From: Octopus sinensis
Taxonomy: Eukaryota
NCBI RefSeq assembly: GCF_006345805.1
Contig: NC_042997.1
Span: forward strand, 108,810,001 to 108,874,000
Direction: 5' to 3'
Length of the DNA stretch: 64,000 bases
Position numbers and translations under genes: made by a program. The notes beneath the pieces are model-generated. The model worked only from the letters and a program-made list of their open reading frames with translations. It searched no databases and was not told the origin of the DNA. Shown here in pieces: positions 1-12,563 of this stretch (its first letter is position 1; each line of letters opens with the position of its first letter).

Positions 1-186
1 ACTGCGGCCATGCTGGAGCACCGCCCTTTAGACGAGCAAATCGACCCCAGGACTTATTCATTGTAAACCTAGTACTTATCCCATCGGTCTTTTGCCGAGC
101 CGCTAAGTTACAGGGGCGTAGAAATACCAGCATCGGTTGTCAAGCGATGATGGGGGTGGGGCAAACACAGACACACAAACACACAA

Positions 187-247
<61 letters not shown>

Positions 248-425
248 CACACATACATATATACGACGGGTTTCTTTCAGTTTTCGTCTACCAAATCTAC
301 TCACAAGGCTTTGGTCGGTCCGGCTATAGTAGAAGACACTTGCCCAAGGTGCTACGCAGTGGGACTGAACCCGAAACCATGTGGTTGGTAAACAAGCTAC
401 TTACCACACAGCCACTCCTGCGCCT
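1..425 (-). mobile_element. tRNA-derived SINE, family A (internal CA/TG microsatellite), nearly full length
   Basis: Minus strand reads aggcgcaggagtggctgtgtggtaag...gggttcagtcccactgcg (A/B-box-like head), central (TG)n, and tail gcggtgctccagcatggccgcagt. The same layout recurs several times in the window. Confidence 0.85.
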
Positions 426-661
426 AATAGTTTATGTTTGTCTTTCTTCTTTCTCCGTTTTCGCCAGGATTTACACCCATACATGGTGTATGTTTGTAGC
501 CGAAAATCTTATCAGTGTGTGAAATGTGGGAGGCATTTTGCCGCACTCTCTATTTAGAGTGGATGACGAAATGATTCGCGGCATTTAGCCATGGTCTGTT
601 GGTTTGTGAGTTCGAATTCCTGCGAGATCCACTCTGTCTCTGATCCGTCTACTTTTATCTT

Positions 662-1070
662 GTATCCTTTACTTGTTTCAGTCATTACACTGCGGCCATA
701 CTGGGGCACTGCTTTGAGGAATTTTTAGTCGAATGAATCAACCTCGGTACTTATTTTTTAAAGCCGCGTACTTTTGCTATCAGACTCATTTGCCGATTCG
801 CTAAGTTATGGGGATATAACAACACCGGTTTTCAAGCGGTGGTGGGGACAAATACAGACACAAAGAAACACATACACGCACGTGCGCGCACACATACACA
901 CACACATACGATGGGCTTCTTTCAGTTTCCGCATATCAAATCCACTCACAAGGTCCGAAGCCCGAGGTTATATTGGAAGACACTTGTCCAAGGTGCCACG
1001 CAGAGTGATTGAAATCGGAACCATGAAGTTGTGAAGCAAACTTCTTATCACACAGCCATGCTTGCGCTTC
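662..1070 (-). mobile_element. SINE family A copy
   Basis: Colinear with 1-425 along head, microsatellite and tail. Confidence 0.85.
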
Positions 1071-2442
1071 ATCGATGAAACAGAACACCAGAGTAATACA
1101 GAGATCGATGTAATTGACTATATATCACCCCCCCCCCCTCAAATCATTTGTGGCCTCGTCTCTATGTTAGAAATCAATGTGGTATTATAAATGAGCGTTT
1201 GTAGACAGAGATATCTGTAGCTCTTGTATTTAGTTTTGTCGCTTTACCTCCTGAGTTCCAATTTCACTGATGTTGACTTCGTCTTTTATTCCTTCAGGGT
1301 CAACAAAATAATCACCTATAATCACCTCTAGAATGTCCGACCTCCCCTATGTGTCATAGTAGGTCTTAAGAATGATAACGTGCAAAATGATTTGCTGTAT
1401 TAAGTTTCGTATTTCGGAGTTTCGAGTTCGAATCTTGTCTGGATTAATTCATATTTGATACTTGCAAATCTATTATAGAGATTAATTATTGATTTCGATC
1501 ACCGAACCATCCTGCTGTGTGTGTGTGTGTGTGCGTGTGTATGTATGCATGTGTGTGTTCCATATGTGTTGTGAAGCAATGGATCTGTCCCTGGAAAATT
1601 TCCTCTCCAAGATGCAGGCTTGGAGAAGGGTTTGTTTTGAAGAGTAACAATCACTGATGCATGCAAGTGACATCTCTTGATGCTACTGATATTGTGCAAA
1701 GAAACCATGCCTCGAAGACGTTGCCATCATAATTCAAAGATCCGGAGCATATCGCACCAAAAATAGTCCGACCCTCGAATAATTCCATCAATCTCTCGCC
1801 CTGGGCAGGTAGTTCTGTTCTCAATGGGTTTTGAATTCAGAGTTCAGAAAACTAGACTGTAGAATTCAAAGCATTTTATCCGACCCCTCAACATTTCCCC
1901 CACCATCTCAGTGACAGAAAGTCACGCAATTTGGGAGGGGATGATATTGATTGAAACTTATGTATCGAGTCTGTTGAAGTATGGAATGGATGAAATTTAT
2001 TGACCCCGGAAGTAGAAAGTTTAAAGTTGACACCAGGCTGAACTTAAAGGTAATTTGTTCGTCATTCTACCGATTCTCGTAGAATGAAGGTCACCTGATT
2101 GATTTATCTTCGATTTAAAACATGGAGACGAATACTTGGTTGGTGCTTAACGACTTCCAGAGTATTGCCATTGCTCAATATAATTTCTAAGAGAAATTCT
2201 AAGAGATATTAAAGGAATTACAAAGAGGAACCATATTAGTCCATCTCAGTTTCTGAAAGATCTTCAGAATTTAGTAATAAATTACGGGAAAAATAAAAAG
2301 AATAACGAAAAAAGGAAACTTTTCTTCGAAATATTTGTATTTCGTAATCTGTGTCGAAATATTACTCCGAGTAGTTGTTGTTCAGTGCAAATTGAGCAGA
2401 TTAAAGGTCGACGCTTTACTGAAACTCAGAGTAATTATAACT

Positions 2443-2760
2443 GGCACTCCGTCGGTGGTTACGACGATCAGTGTTCGTGATGATCGAAACAGCTTACTCG
2501 TAAAATCAACGTGCAATTGGCTGATTACTCCACAGGCATACGTACCCTTAATGTAGTTCTTAGGGCGATTCAGCGTGACATAGAATGCGACAAGGCTAGC
2601 CCTCTCAAATACAGATATTTCTCATTTTTGCCAGCCGCGTGGACTGGAGCAACGTGAAATAAAGTGTCTTGCCTAAGGACTCAACGCTCCACCGGGAATC
2701 GAACTCACGTCCATACAATCGTGAACCGAATATGCTAACCACTAAACCACGCCCCTTCAC
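2443..2760 (-). mobile_element. tRNA-derived SINE, family G (CORE-like middle)
   Basis: Head gtgaaggggcgtggtttagtggttag...gagttcgattcccgg, middle caagacactttatttcacgttgctccagtccac, tail ...gtaaccaccgacggagtgcc. Homologous to 62344-62631. Confidence 0.8.
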
Positions 2761-3084
2761 AGAGTAATTATAGCTCTATATTATAAGGGGGAGATAACTG
2801 AAGTTAGATCATAGGTGTTAATGACTGAATCAATGACATTTATTTGCTCTTAGTTGTGAGTTCAGTTCTCCTCGAGCTCGGTTTTATATTTTCACTTTCG
2901 AAAATCAATGTAATAGATATCAGTAATACTATGGGGGTAAATTGCTATCATCTATACTGTTTCCCTTTATAAGAAAACTGATGCTGACATTCTTGAAATA
3001 GCAACTAAATTTCCTTCAAATCACAACCTACCGATTAGAAGAATGAAGGTCATATTGAAGAATGAAGTGCATGATAGTCTGGAA

Positions 3085-3230
3085 ATATTTCAAATTTTGG
3101 CACCGACCTTGAAAGGATAAAAGGAAAAGTCGACCGCAGAGGAATTTGAACCCAGGTCTCAATGAGCGGAAAGAAATGCCGATAAGCATTTCCCAACATG
3201 TTAACGATTCTGCCAGGTCGCCACCTTGAC
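3085..3230 (-). mobile_element. SINE family B fragment
   Basis: Reverse complement of ggcgacctggcagaatcgttaac...ttcaaattcc...gtcgacttttcctttt. Matches the 43198-43428 copy. Confidence 0.75.
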
Positions 3231-4928
3231 TACGTCTAAAAAGAAGACGTGACGGTCACGGTTGGAACGTGTTTAAAAGGGATCTGTCACCTCAATTCTC
3301 TCATTTTCCTAGGATAAACAACAGCAACAACAACAGCAGCAATAACAGCAACAACAACAGCAACAACAACAACAACAACAGAAACTCCATTAACAAAATG
3401 GCGGTTTGTATGTTAAATAAGAAATCAGTTATTGCTGATTTCGACATAACAAACCGGAAGTCATTAATCAATTGAAACATATTTCAAAGTAATCAAACAA
3501 TCGATCAAATAATTAACTAAACAATTGGAAATTTATTATCATCGTTTCCTTCTCTCTTTCTCTCTTTCTCTGTCTTTTCGTCATTTCCTTCCTTCCTTTC
3601 TTCGTTATTTCATTCTTTTCTTCCGTCTACTAAAGTGAAATGATTTATCTTGTGATAATATTTACAAGATGTCAGCAATTGGACCAGCTTTTCTTAATAG
3701 CAACTGGTTATTGAACGTCGTTCGGTCTGTGTGGCTGAATGCGTTTGATGTTTGTTACTGTGTATGTGTGTGTGAGAGTGTGAGTGTGTGTGTGTGTGTC
3801 TGTGCATCATCATATGAATAAAACTGTGCATTTTAGTATGCGTATGTATGCATGTTTTTTGTGTATGTTGAAATACATGAATTTGTGTAAATATTTTTAT
3901 AGTTTTGTCATATATACATACACACACCCACACATACACACACACACGCATGCACACACATATATACATATGCATACATATATGTGTACATATGTTTGCA
4001 TACGTATATATGTGTGCATCTTCATATAATTATGTTAGTGCACTTTAGTGTGTGTGTGTGTATGTATACATGTGTTTGTTTACATAGATGAGTTTGTGTA
4101 AATATCTTTGTGTGTATGTACACATGTATATAAGTATATATGTACAAACACACATACATATATGTATGTATGTGTGTGCGTGTGTGTGTATTTACATAAC
4201 TCTAGCGGTGATTGAGTAAATTTACCAATGTCCATATCAACCTTTGTAGTGAAATTCTTAAAGCATTCTCATTAGACATTAACAAAGAATGTTTGCGTTA
4301 AATATTTATTTTGATATCATCAATAACTCTGCTTTTTACGTAGAAATAATTTTACTTGTCTAACAGTGACACCTGGGACACATTAGATCAATAGTGACTA
4401 ATATTATTCATTTCTAAAACTGGCACAAAGCTGCAATTTTTGTAGGATGTAAAAGTCGATGAAATCCACCAGAATATTTCACTGGTACTTTATTTCTCTG
4501 GCTCAGAGTATATAGATGATAAGACTGAGCTGGACAGGATTTGAACACAGAACGTAAATAGCTGTTTCTAAACAGTATCACGTATTTTGTCTGAAACTTT
4601 AACGATCCGGCCAAACCATTGTTCCGATGGCCAATAATGTTGCGACATCAGTGACAGAAAAGCCACTGTCAATCTATATACCGTTGGCAGTGAAATTTGG
4701 CTGGAATGCGGTGAGCGGGGAACTGGCAATGAAGATATGCAGCACGTCACAATCACATGATCTGGTGGTTCCAGCGGCCTTGGCAGACAATTCTCGACTG
4801 TCAACGATATTGATATATGTGCTTTGATGCAGCATGCATCCATATGAGAGGTCCTCTCGGAGTAAATAAGGCAGTATTCGGTGTTCTAATATGACAGCCA
4901 CGTTAAGTTGGCGATAAAGATTGCCTCA

Positions 4929-5330
4929 TCTATATATATAAAACTGAGAATGAGTGTCTGCCTGTCTGTCTGTCTGTCTGTCTGTCTGTGTGAATCCCTA
5001 AAACTCGAGAACTACACAACAAATTTCATTCAAATTTTACACATGCCTTACTTAGGGTCCAAAAAATGTTTAACTTCCTGCCTAGGGCGAGCCCACAGCA
5101 ATATCATATCTTCTCCACTATTTCAGTATTATGTGTTAAAAGTGAAACAAAAACATCTCTCTATTGTAATGTCAGATACTTTCATTTTAATACGGAAACT
5201 ATTAAAGTCAAACTATTATATAAGAGGGATGAACCATTAACAGTGGACATCCATTTTGCTAGAAGTTCCGCTATGGTCTTATATGCTACACCACTGGTTT
5301 TCAATTCATATTAATTAAATTAATATTCAA
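4929..5330 (+). mobile_element. Non-autonomous Helitron-like element, 5' part
   Basis: Starts A|TCTATATATATAAAA followed by (TCTG)n, a layout typical of short Helitron/HINE-type elements. No clear 3' hairpin plus CTAG. An internal segment is repeated at about 5700-5781. Confidence 0.5.
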
Positions 5331-5366
5331 TTTCTCACCTTTATTATTTTGAATTTAAATTTAAAC

Positions 5367-5692
5367 ACAGGACCATGCGTTTTGGAACGAAGTTTGTTAC
5401 CACACAGCCACACCTGCACCTATGTATGTATGTGTGTGTGTGTGTGTGTATGTGTGTATAGCTGTATATGTATACATTTATTTCTATACATATAGATGTA
5501 TATGTATACATGTATATGTGTAGATGTATATATATATAGATGTACATATAATATGTACACATATATTCACATATATACATATATACACCCATACACACAC
5601 ACACACAGGTGCAAAGGTGGCTGTGTAGTAACAAACTTCGTTCCATAACACATGGTCCTAGGTTCAGTCCCACTGTGTGGTGACTTAGCATG
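5367..5692. repeat. Inverted pair of SINE-A heads around a TG/TA/CA microsatellite
   Basis: 5368-5421 is the reverse complement of 5607-5660 at roughly 85-90% identity by eye. Confidence 0.8.
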
Positions 5693-5914
5693 AAATGGGT
5701 GCCTGTCTGCGTGAAACCCTAAAACATGAGAACTACACAAACAATTTCATTCAAATTTTACACATGCCTTACTTAGAGTCCTGAGGCGACTGTCCACAGC
5801 AACCGGCCCACAGTCGACCAGAGCTCGCCTTGTCATGGCAACATGAAATAGGATAACATAGAAAACGAACTTGTTTTGCGAACAACGAAAGCATCAGACA
5901 GGCAGTATAAAAAC

Positions 5915-7685
5915 ATGTGTGTATCTATGTGTGTGTGTGCGTGTATGTATGTATATGTGCATGTGTATATGTATGTGCATGTATACATGTGCATGTATGT
6001 ATGTGTATGTCTGTATGTATGTATGTGTACGTATGTATGTATATGTATGTATGTATGCATGTGTGTGTGTAAGTGCATGTAAGTGTGCGTAAGTGCATGT
6101 ATGTATGTGCATGTATGTATGTGCATGTATTTATGTGCATGTATTTATGTGCATGACTGTATGTGTATGTCTGTATGTGTATGTGTATGTGTGTATGTAT
6201 GTATGTATGTATATGTGCATGTGTATATGTATGTGCATGTATGCATGTGCATGTATGTATGTATATGTCTGTATGTATGTATGTGTACGTATGTATGCAT
6301 ATGTATATATGCATGTGTGTGTGTAAGTGCATGTGTGTGTGCGTAAGTGCATGTATATATGTGCATGTATTTATGTGCATGTATTTATGTGTATGTCTGT
6401 ATGTGTATGTGTATGTGCATGTATGTATGTATGTGTATGTATGCATGTGTATGTATGTGTATGTATGTGTATGTATGCATGTGTATGTATGTGTGTGTAT
6501 GTGTATGTATGTATGTGTATGTATGTATGTGTATGTATGTATGTGTATGTACGTGTATGTATTTATGTGTATCTTTGTGTATGTCCGTATTATGTGTATG
6601 TTTGCGTATGTATGTGTGTGTATTTGTATAAGTATGTATATATGTGTATGCATGTATATGAATGCATGTGTGCATCTGTATGTGTATGTATGTATGTGTG
6701 TATCTGTATGTGTATGTATGTATGTGTACGTATGTATGTATATGTATCTACGTGTATGTATGTATGTGTATGTATGTATGTATGTATGTATGTATGTGCA
6801 TTTGTGTGTATGTATATGAGTGTATGTGTATTTATGTAAGTGTATGTCTATGTATGTATATGTATGTATATGTATGTATGTATGAATATGTATGTTTGTG
6901 TGTGTATATATGTGTATGCATGTATGTACAATCTCACGTACACATATGTGTGTGTGTACGTATATGTGTGTGCGTGTATGTGTGTGTATGTTTGTATGTG
7001 TGTATCTGTATGTGTATGTATGTATGTGCATATGTATGTTTGTATATATATATGTATGCATGTTTATGCATGTTTATGTTTGCATGTGTATGTACGCATG
7101 TGCATGCATGTATGTGCATGTATGTATGTGTATGTATGTGCATGTATGTGTGTGCATGTATGTATGTGCATGTATGTATGTGCATGTATGTATGTGTATG
7201 TGTTTGTATGTGTATATCTGTATGTGTATTTATCTGTATGTATGTGCGTGTATGTCTGTGCATGTATGTGTGTGTATGTTTGTATCTGTATGTGTATATA
7301 TGCATGTGCATATGTATGTGTATATATATGTATACATTTTTATGTATGCATGTTTATGTTTGCATGTGTATGTATGCATGTGCATGTATGTATGTGCATG
7401 TATGTACGTATGTGTATGTGTTTGTATGCATGTGTATGTATGTGTATGTCTATATGTATGTATGTGTATGTATGTATGTATGTACGTATGTATGTATGTA
7501 TGTATGTATGTATGTGCATGTCCGTATGTGTATGTCTTTATGTGTATGTATGTATGTGCATGTATGTATGTGTATGTATGTATGTATGTATGTGTATGTA
7601 TGCATGTGTATGTATGTATATGTGTATGTATGAATATGTATGTTTGTGTATGTATATATATGTGTATCCATGTATGTACAATCTC
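5915..7685. repeat. 1.8-kb compound (TGTA/TG/TGCA) low-complexity block
   Basis: Almost pure pyrimidine-purine alternation with internal higher-order duplications. Confidence 0.95.
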
Positions 7686-7794
7686 TGGTACACATATACA
7701 ACAGCATTTTAGGCAACGTAAACATGAAATACGAAAACATCGAAGACCAACTTGTTTTGCGACCAACGAAAGAAACAAGACAGGCAACATAAGA

Positions 7795-8810
7795 AGCGTC
7801 CTGATCAAGGAGGTGCTATTTGCTAATGAAGCCCTACAAAGGCCCATCAACTGTTTTGAGCAAGCATGTAGCGACTTTGGCTTAGTTATCAGCCTCAAGA
7901 AGACCAACGTTATGTGTCAGGCTACATCGGACATCCCAAACATACATATTAGAGACCACAGACTACAGGAGGTGGAGAAGTTTACCTTTCTTAGCTCTAC
8001 CGTCACCTACAACATATCCCTTGATGCTGAGCTCAATATACGCATTGGCAAGGCAGCTGCTGTGATGGCCCAACTATCCAAACGGGACAACAATAAGCTG
8101 ACCTAGACCACAAAAAGGAAAATTTACCAGGCATGTGTACTTAGCACTCTACTGTATGGAAGTGAGACTTGGGCGCCATACACACGCCATACGACGCCAT
8201 ACGTCGCTTAAATATCTTTCACCTATGCTGCCTCCAGAAAATCCTTTGCATCAAATGGCAGAATCATGTCCCCAACAAAGATGTCCTCAAGCAAGCAGGA
8301 ATACCAAGCATGTATACACTCCTCACACAAAGACGTATGATATGGCTTCGACATGTTAGCCGTTGGAAGATGGCAGAATCACCAAGGACATACTCTACGG
8401 AGAGCTTGCTAGGGGCACTAGGTCTGGGGGAAGACCGTTCTTACGATACAAGGATGTTTGCAAAACGGACATGAATGCCTGCAACATCAATATTACCAAC
8501 TGGGAAATAGTTGCCCAGAACCGTGGAGATTGGCGACGTACCGTAAAAGAGGGAACATAAAGAATGACATAGAAAGAGAGAGAGGAGAAATGGAAAGGCA
8601 AGAAAATACGTCAACAAGAAAGTATGACATTACAACCAGCCAGGCAAAGTCTTCGCTACATTTGCGGCACCTGCCAGAGGGAGTGTTTGTCCAGGATAGG
8701 ACTCCACAGCCACAGCAGGAGATTTATTAGGACATGAAATGTAAAAGCCGGATTAGATTATTTTATGCGCAACTTCATTGTCTCCCGAAACAACAAGTAT
8801 GCCAACAATA
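7795..8810 (+). mobile_element. RTE-clade LINE, 5'-truncated pseudo-copy (end of RT plus C-terminus)
   Basis: Frameshifted frames give LIKEVLFA..EALQRPINCFEQACSDFGLVISLKKTNVM, RIGKAAAVMAQL, VLSTLLYGSETW, MEDGRITKDILYGEL..GRPFLRYKD and a terminal CGTC..RIGLHSHSR. The 3' end cattgtctcccga..atgccaac is RTE-like. Confidence 0.92.
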
Positions 8811-9104
8811 ATATATATGGATTTCGTAGACAGGAACTGAAACAAATCAATCGTATATATATGTATGTATATATGTAAGTGTATGTGTGTCTTTGTCTCT
8901 GTGTTTCGCCCTCATCACTGCCTTACAACTGCTGTTCATTTATTTACATCCATTTAACATACTGGTTTCACAAGAACAAACTAATAGAATAAGTACCAGG
9001 CTTATCAACATAAAAAAAGCACTAGGCTGTGTCTCATATTTTTGTTTGCCCAATCAGTTGTATCTATCAATTTATCTTTGTATGTGTGTGTGTGTGTGTA
9101 TAAA

Positions 9105-10427
9105 TATATATATATATATAAAACACCCTAATGGGAGCCTTAACTCCTAAATTTTTGTCATTTCTTTTATGATCTAAAACTAGGTCAAAAGTACTGAATG
9201 GATCTTTATGAAATTTGGAAATTATATTCTATGCATACGGGCCATAACCCCCATGACAATTCATATATTTTTGCTGTTGAGGGAATTTTAACCATAGATA
9301 TTAGACACAAATGAAGTATTATTTATAAAATTTCATCTTCTTACAAGTTATAACGACGCCTCTATGGGGAATTAAAACCCACAATTTTGTCATTTTATCA
9401 AAGCAAAAACGAATACAGTTGTGCTCTTGGAAGCTGTACGGTTACCCGAGCATAAAAGTTGAGCATTATTTCTAATTAAATGGTACAACAGTGTAACAGT
9501 TTGTTTTGACATACACTTACATTGTGATTTCGCAATGTGGTGCATAAATTGTCAAGTAAATGAGAGGCATCTTTGCCTCACTGATTCAGTTGCAAGTGGT
9601 TGAGTAAAGTTATTTGATTGCAGACCTCCTTTCAGTCTTTTATTATCACTCGGTCACACATAGTCCCCAGATGGTAACATTGATTTCAAGGCCTTCCCAG
9701 ATGAGTGATTGGTAATTCAAAGACATTTATAGATTGTAAATTTATTCTGTTCAGTTACATATCAGTATAGTGGTCATTTGCAAACTTCAACTTTCATTTC
9801 TTCTTAGCCCTCACGTCACACAGTTGTTAATGTTTATTTCAGTTGGGTCACGGCCTTTCAATTGCTATAGATTCGTAATGCATCTTACGGCTGTGCCTGT
9901 CACCTGGATGGTGAGGAATCCTACATTGGGAGTGGTAACGACTACGGTAGGGTAACTGACTGCTTATTGTGATCATTCGTCTTTTGGTTTTCTGTAGCTT
10001 TGCTCTCTTTTACAAACCCAGTGAACATATATTTCCTATTTCAAAGAAATTCTAACAATAGATATAAGACCCAAATTAAAAAGATTCTCAACAATTCAAC
10101 TTCTCTGGTTGACATTAAGATGCCACCCCCAACAGGGGCCTTAACTCTCACATTTTAGAGCTCCATGACCTTCATTTTTTAGGAGCAAAATCTTTTTAAC
10201 AGGTTCAATAAGACTGGAATTTTGGAATATGCGCATAAAAATCAGCAGTATGGGAAATATGTGGCACGATTACAATTTTGGGGGGTTGTGTAAAGAGGGA
10301 AATATCCCTCATATGCAATTTTGATAAAATTCGAAACATAGATATTCCAGTTCATTAGAGAAAATATAACAGAAAAGTTTAATTCTTCAACTGTATGTAA
10401 CTCGGGCAACGCCGGGTATCTCTGCTA

Positions 10428-10428
<1 letters not shown>
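9105..10428 (+). mobile_element. Non-autonomous Helitron-like element
   Basis: 3' end cgggcaacgccgggtatctctgCTAG|T (GC-rich subterminal motif plus CTAG). The 5' end merges into (TA)n-AAAA. Confidence 0.6.
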
Positions 10429-10477
<49 letters not shown>

Positions 10478-10483
10478 ATATAT

Positions 10484-10700
10484 AACGGGAAAGTTTACGA
10501 AAATAAACAAAAGACGAAGGCAGGTGGAGTATAAACAAACAAATGTATTAGTATAGTGCTCAGGAATAGAAATAGAAAAAGTCTTTTACGTTTCGGGCCT
10601 ACGCTCTTCGACAGAAATATACACAGAAAAAAAACAAGGAGAGAAACAAGGAGACAAAAAAATGCGTGTAGGAGCTAACGATCTATCATGGCGTCCTGAC
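10484..10700 (-). mobile_element. Short repeat P1 with hammerhead-like motif (Penelope pseudo-LTR-like)
   Basis: Homologous copies at 16495-16705, 21195-21330 and 29010-29197. Contains ctgtcgaagagcgtaggcccgaaacgta and is flanked by (TA)n. Confidence 0.6.
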
Positions 10701-10705
10701 TTCGA

Positions 10706-10765
<60 letters not shown>

Positions 10766-10981
10766 GGTAAATAAATAAATGGAGTTGGACGGAGATGCTA
10801 TTCAAATTCTTTTACTTTCGACATATGTTTCGAATTATTTTCGAATAATTACTGCACATTAACCCGGAGTTTTTACCTTTGAATTGGTCACTACATCCCT
10901 GTTACTTGCTTGAATTTTGCTACCCTGGTAACTGTTTATTGAATTTTGCATGTTAACGGTAAACAAAGGATAATTCATTCA

Positions 10982-11086
<105 letters not shown>

Positions 11087-11479
11087 GGGATTGAACCCAG
11101 AACCATGTGGTGTGAGAATAACCTCATCACACAGCCACGTCTTCGTTTTTTTTATTTTTTTGCCGAAATTAATAAAATAAGTATTTCTGCTGAAATGTTT
11201 GTTGCTTCGATTGAATGTATCGCCTGCAGAACTGCGTAGCGTTGAGTCAACATTACGGGTGGGGTGAGTAGAATCAACACAGTTGTCTCCTTTTGTCATC
11301 CTCTCTTCAAAGCCAGTCGGAATCACCGAAGCCTTCTCTCGTTCCTGCGGTTGATAAAATAAATACCCGTCACTGACGTCACGAGAAGTTATAAAATTCT
11401 GAGATAACACGAAATAAATCTGTTTTACTTTGAACATTGAATCTTGAGGAGGCTCGTCACATAAGACTATAAATAATCC

Positions 11480-11680
11480 TTTCTTTTCTAGGCACCAGGC
11501 CAGGAACTTTTGAGGCGTATCTAGTCAATTACATCGACCCTAGTGTAAACACTAGGCACTTATTTCATCGACCACCGAAACAAAGAAATGCGAGAGAATT
11601 TGAACACAGAATGTAAAATTGGTAGAAATGTCACTGAGCATTTTGTCCGGCATGTGGACGTTTCTGCCAGCTCACTTTTG
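11480..11680 (-). mobile_element. SINE family B copy
   Basis: Reverse complement of gagctggcagaaacg...ttcaaattct...ggtcgatgtaattgac plus tail. Confidence 0.75.
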
Positions 11681-12276
11681 TTATAAAATCCCTTTTGGAT
11701 AGAAAAAGTTGAAGATTATCCTGCGACTTTTATTATATTAAACGGGTTTTTAACCCGTTATTAACATATCATTTACAGCTTTATGTGATGTGCCTCGTGA
11801 TCCAAGGTTAAAAAACAAACAAACAAAAAAGATAAAAGTATTAAATGCTAGAGGAGAATGTGTTTATATAATCGACTCCAGCGCCCTTCTCCCGCTATCA
11901 GAATATCTTTATGCTACGAGTCAATCTAATATATCAATGAAGACAGGGGACCCTGTGAAACCCCAAGTGTTTGTCTTGATCTATTTTGGTATTGTTTCAT
12001 TCTAAACTGTTCTTAGTTCAAATTACATCACGACCAAGTTGATTAGCTAGACTAAGGTAATTAAAGTCCACGATCTTGCGCTCACCTTGATCCAGACGAA
12101 AATAAATTCCTTATTTTCTTACCCTTTGAAATTTATCAAATTTCAAAAGTAGCGGTTTTTGTAATCATGTATGTCCTAACCTGTGCTTATTGCTGTTGTT
12201 CTTTGTCCCCTGTGAAGATGCCATCTCCACTCAGAACGGCCACCGTTTTTAGCAATCTTCTCCCCTATATACACAG

Positions 12277-12499
12277 GCATGTGGTATGGTTATGGGTTAG
12301 GGTTAAGAAGCTTGCATTGCAACAGCGTGGTTTCAAGTTCAGCCCCACTCTACAGCACTTTGGGGAAATATCTTCTACAATTATAGCCCCGGTCCACCAA
12401 TGCTTTGGCGGGGAATTTCGCCGATGGAAACTATGAGGAAGACCGTCATATATATATATATATATACATAACCAGTCATATATATGCATATATAATGTA

Positions 12500-12563
<64 letters not shown>

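Noticed and set aside
3790-4115. Degenerate ~220-bp tandem duplication among TG/CA tracts
   Set aside because: Real but ordinary slippage-type duplication in low-complexity DNA, with no functional signal.
5833-7907. Long ORFs of up to 378 aa rich in His/Thr/Ile/Tyr or Val/Cys/Met/Tyr
   Set aside because: Translations of a TG/TA microsatellite that lacks stop codons. The same applies to most ORFs in the track (poly-L, poly-S, poly-F, poly-I, IYLS repeats).
6892-8106. 404-aa ORF
   Set aside because: Chance read-through from microsatellite into a P2 fragment and the truncated RTE. Only the last ~100 aa are real LINE sequence.
12295-12306. gggttagggtta as an interstitial telomeric repeat
   Set aside because: Only two units, inside a diverged SINE head.
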